Shown here in pieces: positions 20,675 through 30,446 of a DNA stretch of 64,000 bases. The stretch is from an uncultured Flavobacteriales bacterium (lineage in GTDB: Bacteria > Bacteroidota > Bacteroidia > Flavobacteriales_F > PHOS-HE28), in the NCBI GenBank assembly GCA_937872175.1, contig CALMPI010000041.1, positions 66,868 through 130,867 of the forward strand, written 5' to 3'. A program made the position numbers and the translations under genes. The notes below the pieces were generated by a model. That model made no database searches and was not told the origin of the DNA. It saw only the letters and a program-made list of their open reading frames with translations. Numbering within the stretch: the stretch's first letter is position 1; every line of letters begins with the position of its first letter.

Positions 20675-20712
20675 CCCGGAGGCCGGTCGCAGGACCGGCC
20701 TCCGGCGTTCAG
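20675..20712. terminator. 13-bp-stem hairpin CCGGAGGCCGGTC-gcag-GACCGGCCTCCGG between tRNA-Phe and the convergent HD gene
   Basis: Perfect inverted repeat directly 3' of the tRNA CCA; no U-tract. Confidence 0.5.
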
Positions 20713-21302
20713 GCGGGATCGTGGTCGGCCAGCCAGCGCCGTAGGGTGTTGAGGTGCTCGGCCTTCAGGGGATCGCGCTCGCGCTGGTTGGTGGCTGTGA
20801 AGAAGTGGTGCTCCTCCAGGAAGCGCACCTGGATGCGGTTCCATTCCAGCTCCGTGGAGAGCACGCCATAGGCCCGCAGCTCGGCGAACAACAAGGCCCC
20901 GATGCGCTCGAAATCCGTACGCCCGAGGTAGTCGAGGTCCGCGTCGCACAGGATCCGCGAGAGGTCGTCCTCGGGTTGGTGCGGGATCCGCGTGGCCTGG
21001 ATCATGGTGCACACCCGCTCCACCTGCCGTCCCTCGTAGCCGAACCCGGGCAGCGTCCTGCGGGCGATGGCGCAACTGGCGTCCTCATGCTGCAGATCCT
21101 GCTCGGTGAATCCCGAATCGTGGTAGAGCGCGGCCGTCTTCAACAGCACAAGGTCCTCCCCTTCCACCCCTTCCTGCACCGCGATGTCGATCACCGCGGC
21201 GTACACGTCCAGCGTGTGCTCCAGGCTGTGGTACGTGCGGCGGTCCGGAAGCTCCTCGCGAAGCTTCAGCAGGATGTAGGCTTTGGCGGCCTGATGATCC
21301 AT
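20709..21302 (-). CDS. HD-domain phosphohydrolase
   Basis: 197 aa with H..HD...D motif (HSLEHTLDV, ALYHDSG, DADLDYLG). Confidence 0.85.
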   Translation of the reverse strand: MDHQAAKAYILLKLREELPDRRTYHSLEHTLDVYAAVIDIAVQEGVEGEDLVLLKTAALYHDSGFTEQDLQHEDASCAIARRTLPGFGYEGRQVERVCTMIQATRIPHQPEDDLSRILCDADLDYLGRTDFERIGALLFAELRAYGVLSTELEWNRIQVRFLEEHHFFTATNQRERDPLKAEHLNTLRRWLADHDPA

Positions 21303-21350
21303 GCGGCTGCGGCCAAGATAACGCCCCCTTCACACCAGTACCTTGGACCC

Positions 21351-22301
21351 ATGTTCCCGAACGACCATCGCCGCACCCTGCTGCTCTTCGGCATCCTGGC
21401 GGTGTACATCGTGCTGCAATCGCTGTGGTGGGCCTACCTGCTGGTGCGCAAGGACCAGGAGATGCAGGGCTTGATCGACGCGTTCCACCTGGCCACGGGC
21501 GAGGAGAGCGGCCGCGCCGACCGCACCTTCCGCATGGTGGTGGGCGAGGGCAGCGTGTTCCTGGCCCTGCTCATCGGCGCGCTGGTGCTCACCTACCGGG
21601 CCATCCGGCGCGACCTGCAGCTGGCGCGCGCCCAGCGCAACTTCCTGCTGGCCGTCACCCACGAGCTGCGCACTCCCATCGCCGGGGCCAAGCTGAACGT
21701 GCAGACCCTGCAGCGCCATGCCCTCTCGCCCGAACAACGCGAGGCCCTCGCCGCGCGCGCCGTGGGCGACCTGGACCGGCTGGCGGCGCTCACCGACAAG
21801 GTGCTGCTGGCGGCGCGGGCCGAGGAGACCGACCTGCCCCTTGAAGTGGGCCCCGTGGATGTGGCCTCCGTGCTGCGCCAGGCCGTGGACCAGGCACGCG
21901 GCACCGGCCTCGCCGGGCACGCGGTGGAGCTGGAGGCCCCGGACACGCTCACCGTACAGGCGGAGGCCCTTGCGCTGCGCTCGGTGCTGGACAACCTGCT
22001 GGAGAACGCCGGCAAATACACCCCGCACGGCAGCCGGGTACGCGTGAGCCTGCGCCCGCAGGGCGGGGCCGCCGTGATCGAAGTGGCCGATGAAGGGCCC
22101 GGCGTGCCCGAGGAGGAACGCGAACGGATCTTCCAGCGCCTCTATCGCGGGGGCGACGAGACCACGCGGCGCACCCAGGGCACCGGCCTGGGCCTCTACA
22201 TCGCGCGGCGGCTCATGCGGCGCATGGGCGGCACCCTCACGGTGCGCAACGCCCCGCAGGGGGGGGCTATCTTCGCGGCCTCCTTCCCCACCGCCTCCTG
22301 A
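21351..22301 (+). CDS. Sensor histidine kinase (two N-terminal TM helices, HisKA, HATPase_c)
   Basis: H-box THELRTPI; N/G boxes (DNLLENAGKYT, GTGLGLYIARR). No cognate response regulator within the window. Confidence 0.85.
   Translation: MFPNDHRRTLLLFGILAVYIVLQSLWWAYLLVRKDQEMQGLIDAFHLATGEESGRADRTFRMVVGEGSVFLALLIGALVLTYRAIRRDLQLARAQRNFLLAVTHELRTPIAGAKLNVQTLQRHALSPEQREALAARAVGDLDRLAALTDKVLLAARAEETDLPLEVGPVDVASVLRQAVDQARGTGLAGHAVELEAPDTLTVQAEALALRSVLDNLLENAGKYTPHGSRVRVSLRPQGGAAVIEVADEGPGVPEEERERIFQRLYRGGDETTRRTQGTGLGLYIARRLMRRMGGTLTVRNAPQGGAIFAASFPTAS
22265..22277 (+). promoter_or_regulatory. Recurrent promoter motif GGCTATCTTCGCG, inside the 3' end of the kinase gene, ~24 nt upstream of gpmI
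   Basis: Identical 12-13-mer also lies upstream of trpS, the 3874 gene, the M20 peptidase gene and the S-box leader. Confidence 0.4.
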
Positions 22302-23833
22302 TGCCCGCAACCCGCAAGGTCGCCCTGGTCGTGCTCGACGGCTGGGGCATCGGCGCCGGCGACCGCACCGACGCCATCGCGCAGGCCCGCACGCCGCGTT
22401 TCACGGAACTGCTGGCCACCTGCCCGCACGCCACCCTGCGCACCGACGGTGAGCACGTGGGCCTGCCCTCCGGCCAGATGGGCAACAGCGAAGTGGGCCA
22501 CCTCAACATCGGCGCGGGCCGCGTGGTGTATCAGGACCTGTTGCGTGTGGACAAGGCCGTGGAGGACGGTTCCCTGGCGCGCAACGCCGTGCTGCAGGAG
22601 GCCTTTCGGGCGGCAAGCGCACCAGGCGTCCGGCTGCACTTCATCGGGCTGCTCAGCAAGGGCGGCGTGCACAGCCACCAGGACCACCTGCGCGCGCTGT
22701 GCCATGCGGCCGTGGAGGCGGGCGTGCCGCAGGTGTTCGTGCACGCCTTCACGGACGGGCGCGACGCGGACCCGAAAAGCGGACTGGGCTACCTGCGCGA
22801 CTTCCTCGCCGGGGTGCAGGGGCTGCCGGTGCACATCGCCAGCGTGGTGGGCCGCTACTACGCCATGGACCGCGACAAGCGCTGGGAGCGGGTGAAGCGC
22901 GCCTACGACCTGCTCGTCCACGGCACGGGCACGGCGGTGGCCGACGCCACGGAGGCCTACTCGCACAGCTACGCCGAAGGCATCACCGACGAGTTCATCG
23001 TGCCGCACGTGATCACGGGACCCGACGGTGCGCCGCTCGCCACCCTCCGCCCCGGCGACGTGGTGATCTGCTTCAACTTCCGCACCGACCGCTGCCGCGA
23101 GATCACCCAGGCCCTCACGCAGCAGGCCTTCCCGGAGCACGGCATGGCGCCGCTCCCGTTGCACTACGTCACCCTCACCGAGTACGACCCCACCTACCGC
23201 GATGTGCGCGTGGTGCTGGGCAAGGACGAGTTGCCGATGACGCTGGGCGAGACGGTGAGCGCGGCGGGGCTGCGGCAGGTGCGCGCGGCGGAGACGGAGA
23301 AGTACCCGCACGTCACCTTCTTCTTCAGCGGGGGACGCGAAGCGCCCTACCCCGGCGAGGAACGCATCCTGGTGGCCAGCCCCAAGGTGGCCACCTACGA
23401 CCTGCAGCCCGAGATGAGCGCACCCGAGCTGGCCGACCGCGTGGCGCAGGCCCTCACGCCCGATGGTCCCGATCTGGTGATCCTCAACTTCGCCAACCCG
23501 GACATGGTGGGCCACACGGGCGTGTTCAGCGCGGTGGTGAAGGCCGTGGAGACCACGGACAGCTGCCTGGGCCGCGTGGTGGACGCCGGTCGGGCGGCGG
23601 GCTACAGCTTCGTGATCATCGCCGACCACGGCAACGCGGACAAGGCCCTGAACCCCGACGGTTCGCCCAACACCGCCCACAGCACCAACCCGGTGCCCAT
23701 CGTGCTGGTGGACGACCGGCGATGGACGCTGCGCGACGGGATCCTGGCCGACGTGGCGCCCACCCTGCTGCAGCTCATGGGCCTGCCCCAGCCGCCGCAG
23801 ATGACCGGGCGGTCGTTGGTGGAGGCCGGGTGA
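22301..23833 (+). CDS. gpmI: 2,3-bisphosphoglycerate-independent phosphoglycerate mutase
   Basis: 510 aa with full iPGM conservation (LDGWG, SDGGVHSH, ADHGNAD). Confidence 0.95.
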   Translation: MPATRKVALVVLDGWGIGAGDRTDAIAQARTPRFTELLATCPHATLRTDGEHVGLPSGQMGNSEVGHLNIGAGRVVYQDLLRVDKAVEDGSLARNAVLQEAFRAASAPGVRLHFIGLLSKGGVHSHQDHLRALCHAAVEAGVPQVFVHAFTDGRDADPKSGLGYLRDFLAGVQGLPVHIASVVGRYYAMDRDKRWERVKRAYDLLVHGTGTAVADATEAYSHSYAEGITDEFIVPHVITGPDGAPLATLRPGDVVICFNFRTDRCREITQALTQQAFPEHGMAPLPLHYVTLTEYDPTYRDVRVVLGKDELPMTLGETVSAAGLRQVRAAETEKYPHVTFFFSGGREAPYPGEERILVASPKVATYDLQPEMSAPELADRVAQALTPDGPDLVILNFANPDMVGHTGVFSAVVKAVETTDSCLGRVVDAGRAAGYSFVIIADHGNADKALNPDGSPNTAHSTNPVPIVLVDDRRWTLRDGILADVAPTLLQLMGLPQPPQMTGRSLVEAG

Positions 23834-23842
23834 GGGTCGCGT

Positions 23843-25219
23843 TCAGTGCTTGATGAAGCGTGCGGAACCCCGGCGGCCGTGCTGGTCCTCCACCCGCACC
23901 AGGTAACAGCCGGCCGGCCACGCGGCCACCTCCAGCGTTGTCGCGCTCCGCGCCCGCAGCGCCTGGTGATGCACCACGCGCCCCAAGGCATCCTGCACCT
24001 CCACCATGCGGAGGGTCCCACCCGCTGGCAAGGCCACCTGCACCAGCTCCGTGGCCGGGTTGGGATGGATCGTGATCGGCACGGCCACACCCCGCTCGGG
24101 AAGCCCCGTGCTCACCTGCACACAGGTGTCCGGCTCCACCGTGTCCAGGTCCAGGTAACCGATGAACTCGTAGGGCAGCTGCGGGTTCTGCGGAGGGAGC
24201 ACCATGTACAGGTCGTTCTGGAAGAAGGCCATGTCCCCGTGGTCCGAATACATGTGCCCGCCCAGGGCGCACAGCTGCTGCCCGTCATAGCGCAGCACAC
24301 CGTACAGGGTGGTGTCCCCCACGAAGTGGTACACCCCACTGATGTACAGCGCGCCCCCGTGCACCTGGATGTCCGACACACTGCCCTCGAAATCCACCTG
24401 AGGAAAGAACGGATGCCAGGCCGTGCCGTCCCACACCTGCAGGTGGTCGCTGTACACATCGGGGTCCGACCCGTTCAGGAAGAAACCGCCCACATACAGG
24501 GAGTCCCCATAGCCGCACAGGGCGGACACGAAGTTGCCGCCCACGCCGCCGGCCAGGCCCTCCCACTGGTCCACCCCATCGAAGGACACGATCTTCCGGC
24601 TGCCCAACACCTGGAACACCCCGCCGAAGTAATAGCGGTCCTTCCAGGATGCGGCCCCGTACACCGAGGCCGGCAGGGTCCACGGCGCGTTCGGCAGGGG
24701 GCGCAGGGAGTCCATGCGCCACTCCCGCACACCGGGCATGTACTGGCCGTTCACCGTGCTGGCCACCCCGCCCACGAACAGGCGGTCATCCACCGGGAGG
24801 ATCCAAAGCGGACCGTCCACCTCGCCCATGCCGTGCCACTGTCCGTTGGCCAGGTACACCCCCTTGCCCCACTCCTCCACCCATTGATAGCCCCCGCAAT
24901 ACGGGCCTAAGAAAAGCGTGTCGTGGAACCATGCCATGGTCGGTACTGGGCACCCGGTCGATTCCAACGGCAGCCCATCACCACCGCCAAGTCCATCCAT
25001 GGACCACTGCATCCCGTCCCATGCGGCCAGACCCCGGGCCGGCAAACTATCCTGGCCACAATACCGGAACGAACCGCCTACGATCAACTCCGAGGTATCT
25101 GGAGCGAACGCAAAAGAACGCGCGAACCAGTTCACCCCCCCCTCCATGGTGATCCATTGCCCCGCACATGGTATGTACAAGAGCGGCGCCACAAGGCCAA
25201 GCGCACGAAATGAGGTCAT
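23843..25219 (-). CDS. Secreted beta-propeller-like protein with a T9SS type-A C-terminal sorting domain
   Basis: Start trimmed to MTSFRALGLVAPLL; the C-terminus ITIHPNPATELVQV...GCYLVRVEDQHGRRGSARFIKH is a Por-secretion-tail pattern. Confidence 0.7.
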   Translation of the reverse strand: MTSFRALGLVAPLLYIPCAGQWITMEGGVNWFARSFAFAPDTSELIVGGSFRYCGQDSLPARGLAAWDGMQWSMDGLGGGDGLPLESTGCPVPTMAWFHDTLFLGPYCGGYQWVEEWGKGVYLANGQWHGMGEVDGPLWILPVDDRLFVGGVASTVNGQYMPGVREWRMDSLRPLPNAPWTLPASVYGAASWKDRYYFGGVFQVLGSRKIVSFDGVDQWEGLAGGVGGNFVSALCGYGDSLYVGGFFLNGSDPDVYSDHLQVWDGTAWHPFFPQVDFEGSVSDIQVHGGALYISGVYHFVGDTTLYGVLRYDGQQLCALGGHMYSDHGDMAFFQNDLYMVLPPQNPQLPYEFIGYLDLDTVEPDTCVQVSTGLPERGVAVPITIHPNPATELVQVALPAGGTLRMVEVQDALGRVVHHQALRARSATTLEVAAWPAGCYLVRVEDQHGRRGSARFIKH

Positions 25220-25422
25220 TGCTTCACGAATCGGGCCATCGAGATCCGTCCCTCCTGGTCGGTAGCTCGCACCACATAGACACCGGTGGAGAGCCCGGAG
25301 ACATCGACCTGGGCACTTCCGTGGATGCGTGTGGCCTCGGTACTGCACGTCCTTCCGCGCAGGTCGAACACCACCACCGATATCAGTTCCATCCCACGAG
25401 AGAGGCCGACGCTGTTGTTCAT
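25216..25422 (-). CDS. 68-aa orphan T9SS type-A C-terminal-domain-only mini-ORF (probable gene remnant)
   Basis: MNNSVGLSRGMELISVVVFDLRGRTCSTEATRIHGSAQVDVSGLSTGVYVVRATDQEGRISMARFVKQ is a complete sorting domain with no passenger. It sits 21 nt after the stop of the upstream giant paralog and overlaps the next gene start by ATGA. Confidence 0.4.
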   Translation of the reverse strand: MNNSVGLSRGMELISVVVFDLRGRTCSTEATRIHGSAQVDVSGLSTGVYVVRATDQEGRISMARFVKQ

Positions 25423-25442
25423 CGTGGCCGGGTGAGTACCCG

Positions 25443-27671
25443 CTAGTTGTTCAGGATGGTCAGGTGGCCGGTGAAGGGCCCTTCACCACCTTCCACCACC
25501 ACCTCATAGAAGTAGGTGCCGTCGGGCACGTTGCGCCCATCCCAGGTGTTGCGGTAGTTGTTGGCCTCGAAGACCACCTGGCCCCAGCGGTTGAACACGC
25601 GCACTGTGTTCTGCCGGCTCTGGATGCCCTCGATCTCGAAGCGGTCGTTCTGGCCATCGCCGTTCGGGCTGAACACGTTCGGGATGAAGATCTCGCAGTC
25701 CACCTCCACATCGATCGCGAGGGTGGCCGTCTGTCCGCAGGCATCGGTGGCCGTCACCGGATAGGTGCCGTCCACATCACCGGGCACCCAGAGCGTGGTG
25801 CCCACGGTCCCGTCCGCCCACAGCAGGCCGATGGTCCCCGTTCCTCCCGAGGCCGCCACCACCAGCACCAGGCTGTCCGTGCATTCGGCCAGCACGTCAT
25901 CGCCCAGCAGGCTCAGCGGTTGCGGGTCGGTGATGGTGATCGTCACGTTCGCGGTCACGGACTGCCCGCAGGCGTTCGTGTAGGTGGCGGTGATCGTCGC
26001 GGTCTCCGTGCCATCCGCAGCGCCATCGTTCAGCGCGTTCACCGGCAGATCGATCTGGTTGCTGCCGTTGGGGATGGTGACCTGTCCCGGTATGGTGCTG
26101 TGATCGGTTCCGTTGGTGGCCGAGCCGCTCTGCACCAGCTGGAGGGTGAGGTCGCCGGTGCTGCCTTGCGGGCGCGTCACGCGGACCACGGTGGAATCGC
26201 AGCCCTCCACCAGGTCGTCGGGGCCGATGATGCTCAGCGAAATGGGCGGCGGCGGGGTCAGCGTGATGGTGGCGAAGGCCGTGTCCGGGGCCAGGCCGCA
26301 GGTGTCCGTGGCGATCACGGTGATGTCCTGCGCGGCGAAGGCCGTAACGGTGATGGTGGCGCTCGTATCCCCGGTGCTCCACAGCAGGTCGTGGAAGCCG
26401 AAGCCCCCGGTGACCGTGGCCGTCAGGTCCACGCTCTCGCCGCAGGCCACGGTCGCACCCGTGGTGGTCACCTGCAGCTCGGGCACGCTCTGGATGAAGA
26501 AGGTGTAGGTGACCTCGATGGGCTGGCCGTTGCAGCCGCCGGGCACCAACAGGGTGATCTCGATGGTCTCATCGCCATCACCGTCCACCGGCACGTTGAG
26601 CAGGAAAGGGATGCTGCCCTGGCCGCCGGCGAAGAGCAGCGTATCGGGCAGCGGGGGGAAGTAATCCACGCCGGGTGTGGAGGTGCCGCCGTAGGTGAGG
26701 TACACCGTGTCCGGCTGGCTGATGTCGCCCACCCGCACGAAGTTGAGGGTCACCGGAAAACAGCTCTCGAAGACCACATCGCCGAACACGCCCGGACCGG
26801 GCTGCAGCGCGGGGATGAAGGGATTGCTGCTGAAGCTGCCACCCTCCAGGAACACGCCGCTGTCCAGGGCCGAGTCGAAGGCATCGGCGATGGCCAGCTT
26901 GATGTGGTAGGTCTCGCCGCACTGCACCAAGGCGCGGGCCGTGAGCACCACGGTGAAGCCGTCGTACTGCACCGTGAGGCCGCCGGCGTTGTCGAAGTAG
27001 AAGCCGCTGTTGCTCTGCCAGTTCGGGTCCACCGCGGCGCAGTTGGCGGGGTCGCCGAAGGTGCCGGCCGAGCCGTTGTTCACCGTGTTGATGCCGATGG
27101 GCACGCTGGTGCCGGGGATCAGGGCGATGTTCTCGGCGTTGTTGCTGAAGGGCCCGTTGATGCCGGGACCGCTCAGGAAGAAGCCGAAGACATCGTTGAA
27201 GGTGGAGCACACGTACTCGTTGTACTCCTCGCTGCCGAAGACGAAGCGGAACTTGAGCGAATCACCGGCAGGCACGAAGTCGAACTCGAGCACGGCCTTG
27301 TCGTTCACGTTCTGCTGGGAGATGGTCTCCAGGTCGACGTCGCCGGTGAAGTCCGGGGATGCGGGCCCGAGCGTCAACCCGTCGGTGTTGTTGGGGCCCA
27401 CCACCTCGTCGATGGTGCCGCTGCACATCACCAGGCCCTGGGCGATGTTCACGTTGGAGTTGGTGCCGTCGAAGCTGCCGATCTGGTCGTTGATCACGTT
27501 GCCCGGCTGCCCGTTGAAGGTCACGTTGCTCACCGTGATGCCACCGCCCAACAGCACGTTCTGCACGAGCTGCTCCGGGGTCTGGGTGTTGTCCACGGTG
27601 ATCTGCGCCCCCGCCACGGCGGGCAGCAGCAGGGTGGCCAGCAGCAGGCCACGGTCGGTTCCTCGCATCAT
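25443..27671 (-). CDS. Giant surface protein paralog 1: shared N-terminal domain + SprB-like repeats + T9SS type-B (gliding-motility-associated) C-terminal domain
   Basis: Signal peptide MMRGTDRGLLLATLLLPAVAGAQ; N-terminal domain with LVQNVLLGGG...FVFGSEEY...CGETYHIKLAIAD; C-terminal IFIPNVFSPNGDGQNDRFEI...GTYFYEV. Confidence 0.8.
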   Translation of the reverse strand: MMRGTDRGLLLATLLLPAVAGAQITVDNTQTPEQLVQNVLLGGGITVSNVTFNGQPGNVINDQIGSFDGTNSNVNIAQGLVMCSGTIDEVVGPNNTDGLTLGPASPDFTGDVDLETISQQNVNDKAVLEFDFVPAGDSLKFRFVFGSEEYNEYVCSTFNDVFGFFLSGPGINGPFSNNAENIALIPGTSVPIGINTVNNGSAGTFGDPANCAAVDPNWQSNSGFYFDNAGGLTVQYDGFTVVLTARALVQCGETYHIKLAIADAFDSALDSGVFLEGGSFSSNPFIPALQPGPGVFGDVVFESCFPVTLNFVRVGDISQPDTVYLTYGGTSTPGVDYFPPLPDTLLFAGGQGSIPFLLNVPVDGDGDETIEITLLVPGGCNGQPIEVTYTFFIQSVPELQVTTTGATVACGESVDLTATVTGGFGFHDLLWSTGDTSATITVTAFAAQDITVIATDTCGLAPDTAFATITLTPPPPISLSIIGPDDLVEGCDSTVVRVTRPQGSTGDLTLQLVQSGSATNGTDHSTIPGQVTIPNGSNQIDLPVNALNDGAADGTETATITATYTNACGQSVTANVTITITDPQPLSLLGDDVLAECTDSLVLVVAASGGTGTIGLLWADGTVGTTLWVPGDVDGTYPVTATDACGQTATLAIDVEVDCEIFIPNVFSPNGDGQNDRFEIEGIQSRQNTVRVFNRWGQVVFEANNYRNTWDGRNVPDGTYFYEVVVEGGEGPFTGHLTILNN

Positions 27672-27672
27672 G

Positions 27673-30348
27673 TCAGTTCTCCTGGATCGTGCCACGGATG
27701 AGGGTCACGTGACCGTACCCTTCCTGCGGCGGCATGTAGTGGCCCTCGGCCTTGTACTTGTACACGTAGACGCCGGTGGGCGCCATGTTGCCGCTCACCT
27801 TGCCGTCCCACACCGGCTCTTCCTCCGACGAGGCGAAGATCTGCTCGCCCCAGCGGTCGAAGATGGTCATCTCGTAGCTGGATACCATGTGGCTCACCGG
27901 CCCGAAGACCTCGTTGATGCCGTCGCCGTCGGGCGTGAAGGCGTTGGGGAAGTGGATCTGCGCCGGCGGGATGATGTACACCGAGTCGGTGGCCCGGCAG
28001 CCGTTGGCCGTCACGATCTCCAGATGCACCCAGTGGTCCTCCATGTCGGTGTAGCTGTGCGACACCTGCTGGGTGCTCGCCTTCGTGCCGTCGCCGAGGT
28101 TCCAGAAGTAGTAGATGGGTTCCGGATAGGTGGCCGCGTCGAACTGCCAGTCGTCGATGCCCTCGTTGGTCACCACGATATCGGCCAGGGTGGGCTCCAC
28201 CTCGATCTCCACCTGTGCGCTGTTGAACAGGCCACATTCCTCGTACACGTTCACCACGAAGGTGGTCGCGCTCAGCGGGGTCACCATCACCTCGGGGTCG
28301 GTGTGCGCCAGCAGCGGCCACTCGATGCGGTAGATGCCGGACCCACCGGTGATCTGCGCGCTGAGCAGGATGCTGTCGCCGTAGCAGATCACCTGGTCCT
28401 CGGTGAGGTCGATCATCAGGGGCTCCGGGTGCGGGATGTAGGTGGCCACGACGGCGCTGCCGGTGTAGCCGCACTGGTCGCTGGCCGTGAAGGTGTACAC
28501 GGCGTCGGCCGGCACCGGGACATCCACACTGGTCCCCGTGGCGATCACCGTTCCGTTCGCATCCTCCCAGATGTAGGTGTACACGCCGTTGCCACCGGTG
28601 ACGGAGGCGATCGAGATGGTGGTGGTGTCACCGACGCAGATGACGGTCGGGTCGCCGTTGGTGACGATCTCGATCGGCGGCAGCGGGGCCGTGGTGGTGA
28701 GCACGCTGTCCTGCGCAGTGGAGCCGCAGCCATCGGTCACCGTGGCCACATAGTAGGTGGGCGGACCGGCATCGACGTTCACCGTGGCGGTGGAGCCCAC
28801 CACCGTGGTGCCGGTGGTCCATTCGTAACTGAAGTTGCCATCACCGCCGGCCACGTTCAGCACGCTGAGGTCCGCATCGCCCAGGCAGGGGATCGCCGTG
28901 TCCGGGGTCAGCGTCAGCACCATCGGTGCATACACAGGTACGTCCACGGTGATGTCGACGGTGGCGGGCACGATGCTGCACGTGTCGCTCACCGTGAGGG
29001 TGTAGGTGGTGGTCACGCCCGGCGACACGGAGATGGTGGGTGTGATCTCACCCGTGCTCCAGCTGTACTGGTAGTTGCCGGATCCCCCGGACACGACCGG
29101 CGCCAGGATCTCCGTGAGGTTGCAGTCGCTCTGGATGTTGCTGGCCTGGATGTCCAGCGGGGGTGGTGAATCGATGTAGAAGTGGAACTCGGTCTGGATC
29201 TGGATGCCGGCGCACTGGATCAGCTGCTGGATCTGGATGATGATGGACTCCATGCCATCGGCATCCTGCGGGATGGTGAGCAGGAAGGTGATGGCCGTGT
29301 CGCCGGGAGAGTAGATCAGCTGGCTGGGAAAGGGCGGGCTGTAGTCCACACCCGGTGTGGCCGTGCCCAGGATGGCGAGGTTCACCGTGTCGGTGTTGGA
29401 GGTGTCGCCCATGCGGTAGAAGGTGAAATCCACCAGCCCGCAGCCCTCCAGCATGGTGCTGTCGTTCACCAGCACGCCGCTCACCAGATCGGGGATCACC
29501 TGCCCGGTGCTCACGAAGCTGCCCGCCTCCAGGAACACGCCGCTGTCAAAGGCGGTGTCGCCGCCGTCCGCGATCGCGATCTTGATGTGGTAGGTCTGGC
29601 CGCAAACGACCTGGGCACGGGCGGTCAGCACCACGGTCATGCCGTCGTACTGCACCGTGGTGCCGTTGGCGTTCGAGCTGTAGTAGATGTTGTTGTTCAT
29701 CCAGTTCGGGTCCAGTGCGGCGCAGTTGGAGGCCGTTCCGTTCGTTCCCACCGTCCCGTTGTTCACGGTGTTGATCGATACGGGCACCTGGGTCCCGGGC
29801 ACCAGGGCGATGTTGATGGCGTTGTTGGTGAAGGGACCGGCGATGCCCGGCCCGCTGAGGAAGAAGCCGAACACGTCGTTCACGGTCCCACAGACGTACT
29901 CATCGTACTCCTCGGAGCCGAAGACGTAGTTGAACTTCAGCGAATCGCCGGTGGGGATGAAGTCGAACTCCAGGATGGCGGCATCGTGGGTGCCCACGCC
30001 GCTCAATTGGTCCAGGTCGGGGTCGTTGAAGCCCCAATTGCCGCCACCGGCCGAGCCGCTGCCGATGTTGTTGGGGCCGATGGCGAAGGTGACATCGCCC
30101 GAGCCCAGGATCATGCCCGAGGCCAGGCCCACATTGGAGGCGGTGCCGTCGAACTCGCCGGCCTGGGGGTTGATCGTGTTGGCCGGCACCCCATTGAAGG
30201 TGAAGTTGCTGGCCGTCACCCCGCCGCCGAGGAGCACGTTCTGCACCAGCTGGGCCGGGGTCTGCGTATTGGTCACCGCCAACTGGGCGGAACTTCCCAC
30301 GGGAAGCAGCGCGCACAGGGCGAGAAGGGAGCGGTTCATCGGGGCCAT
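27673..30348 (-). CDS. Giant surface protein paralog 2 (same architecture; T9SS type-B C-terminal domain)
   Basis: MAPMNRSLLALCALLPVGSSAQ; same N-terminal domain (LVQNVLLGGG, YVFGSEEY, CGQTYHIKIAIADGGD); C-terminal IHFPNAFTPDGDGINEVF...GVYVYKYKA. The stop lies 1 nt from the paralog 1 start. Confidence 0.8.
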   Translation of the reverse strand: MAPMNRSLLALCALLPVGSSAQLAVTNTQTPAQLVQNVLLGGGVTASNFTFNGVPANTINPQAGEFDGTASNVGLASGMILGSGDVTFAIGPNNIGSGSAGGGNWGFNDPDLDQLSGVGTHDAAILEFDFIPTGDSLKFNYVFGSEEYDEYVCGTVNDVFGFFLSGPGIAGPFTNNAINIALVPGTQVPVSINTVNNGTVGTNGTASNCAALDPNWMNNNIYYSSNANGTTVQYDGMTVVLTARAQVVCGQTYHIKIAIADGGDTAFDSGVFLEAGSFVSTGQVIPDLVSGVLVNDSTMLEGCGLVDFTFYRMGDTSNTDTVNLAILGTATPGVDYSPPFPSQLIYSPGDTAITFLLTIPQDADGMESIIIQIQQLIQCAGIQIQTEFHFYIDSPPPLDIQASNIQSDCNLTEILAPVVSGGSGNYQYSWSTGEITPTISVSPGVTTTYTLTVSDTCSIVPATVDITVDVPVYAPMVLTLTPDTAIPCLGDADLSVLNVAGGDGNFSYEWTTGTTVVGSTATVNVDAGPPTYYVATVTDGCGSTAQDSVLTTTAPLPPIEIVTNGDPTVICVGDTTTISIASVTGGNGVYTYIWEDANGTVIATGTSVDVPVPADAVYTFTASDQCGYTGSAVVATYIPHPEPLMIDLTEDQVICYGDSILLSAQITGGSGIYRIEWPLLAHTDPEVMVTPLSATTFVVNVYEECGLFNSAQVEIEVEPTLADIVVTNEGIDDWQFDAATYPEPIYYFWNLGDGTKASTQQVSHSYTDMEDHWVHLEIVTANGCRATDSVYIIPPAQIHFPNAFTPDGDGINEVFGPVSHMVSSYEMTIFDRWGEQIFASSEEEPVWDGKVSGNMAPTGVYVYKYKAEGHYMPPQEGYGHVTLIRGTIQEN

Positions 30349-30446
30349 GGCGGGTGGAAAAAGCCTTGAAAATTAAGCCTTGACGACCACATGACTGCCT
30401 GTGGTGCCCATCCGTTGCCCGGCGGCCACCCCGAAAAGGCCCGGAC

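Noticed and set aside
22196-23680. 494-aa minus-strand ORF antisense to gpmI
   Set aside because: gpmI is unambiguous; antisense translation is R/H/G-rich.
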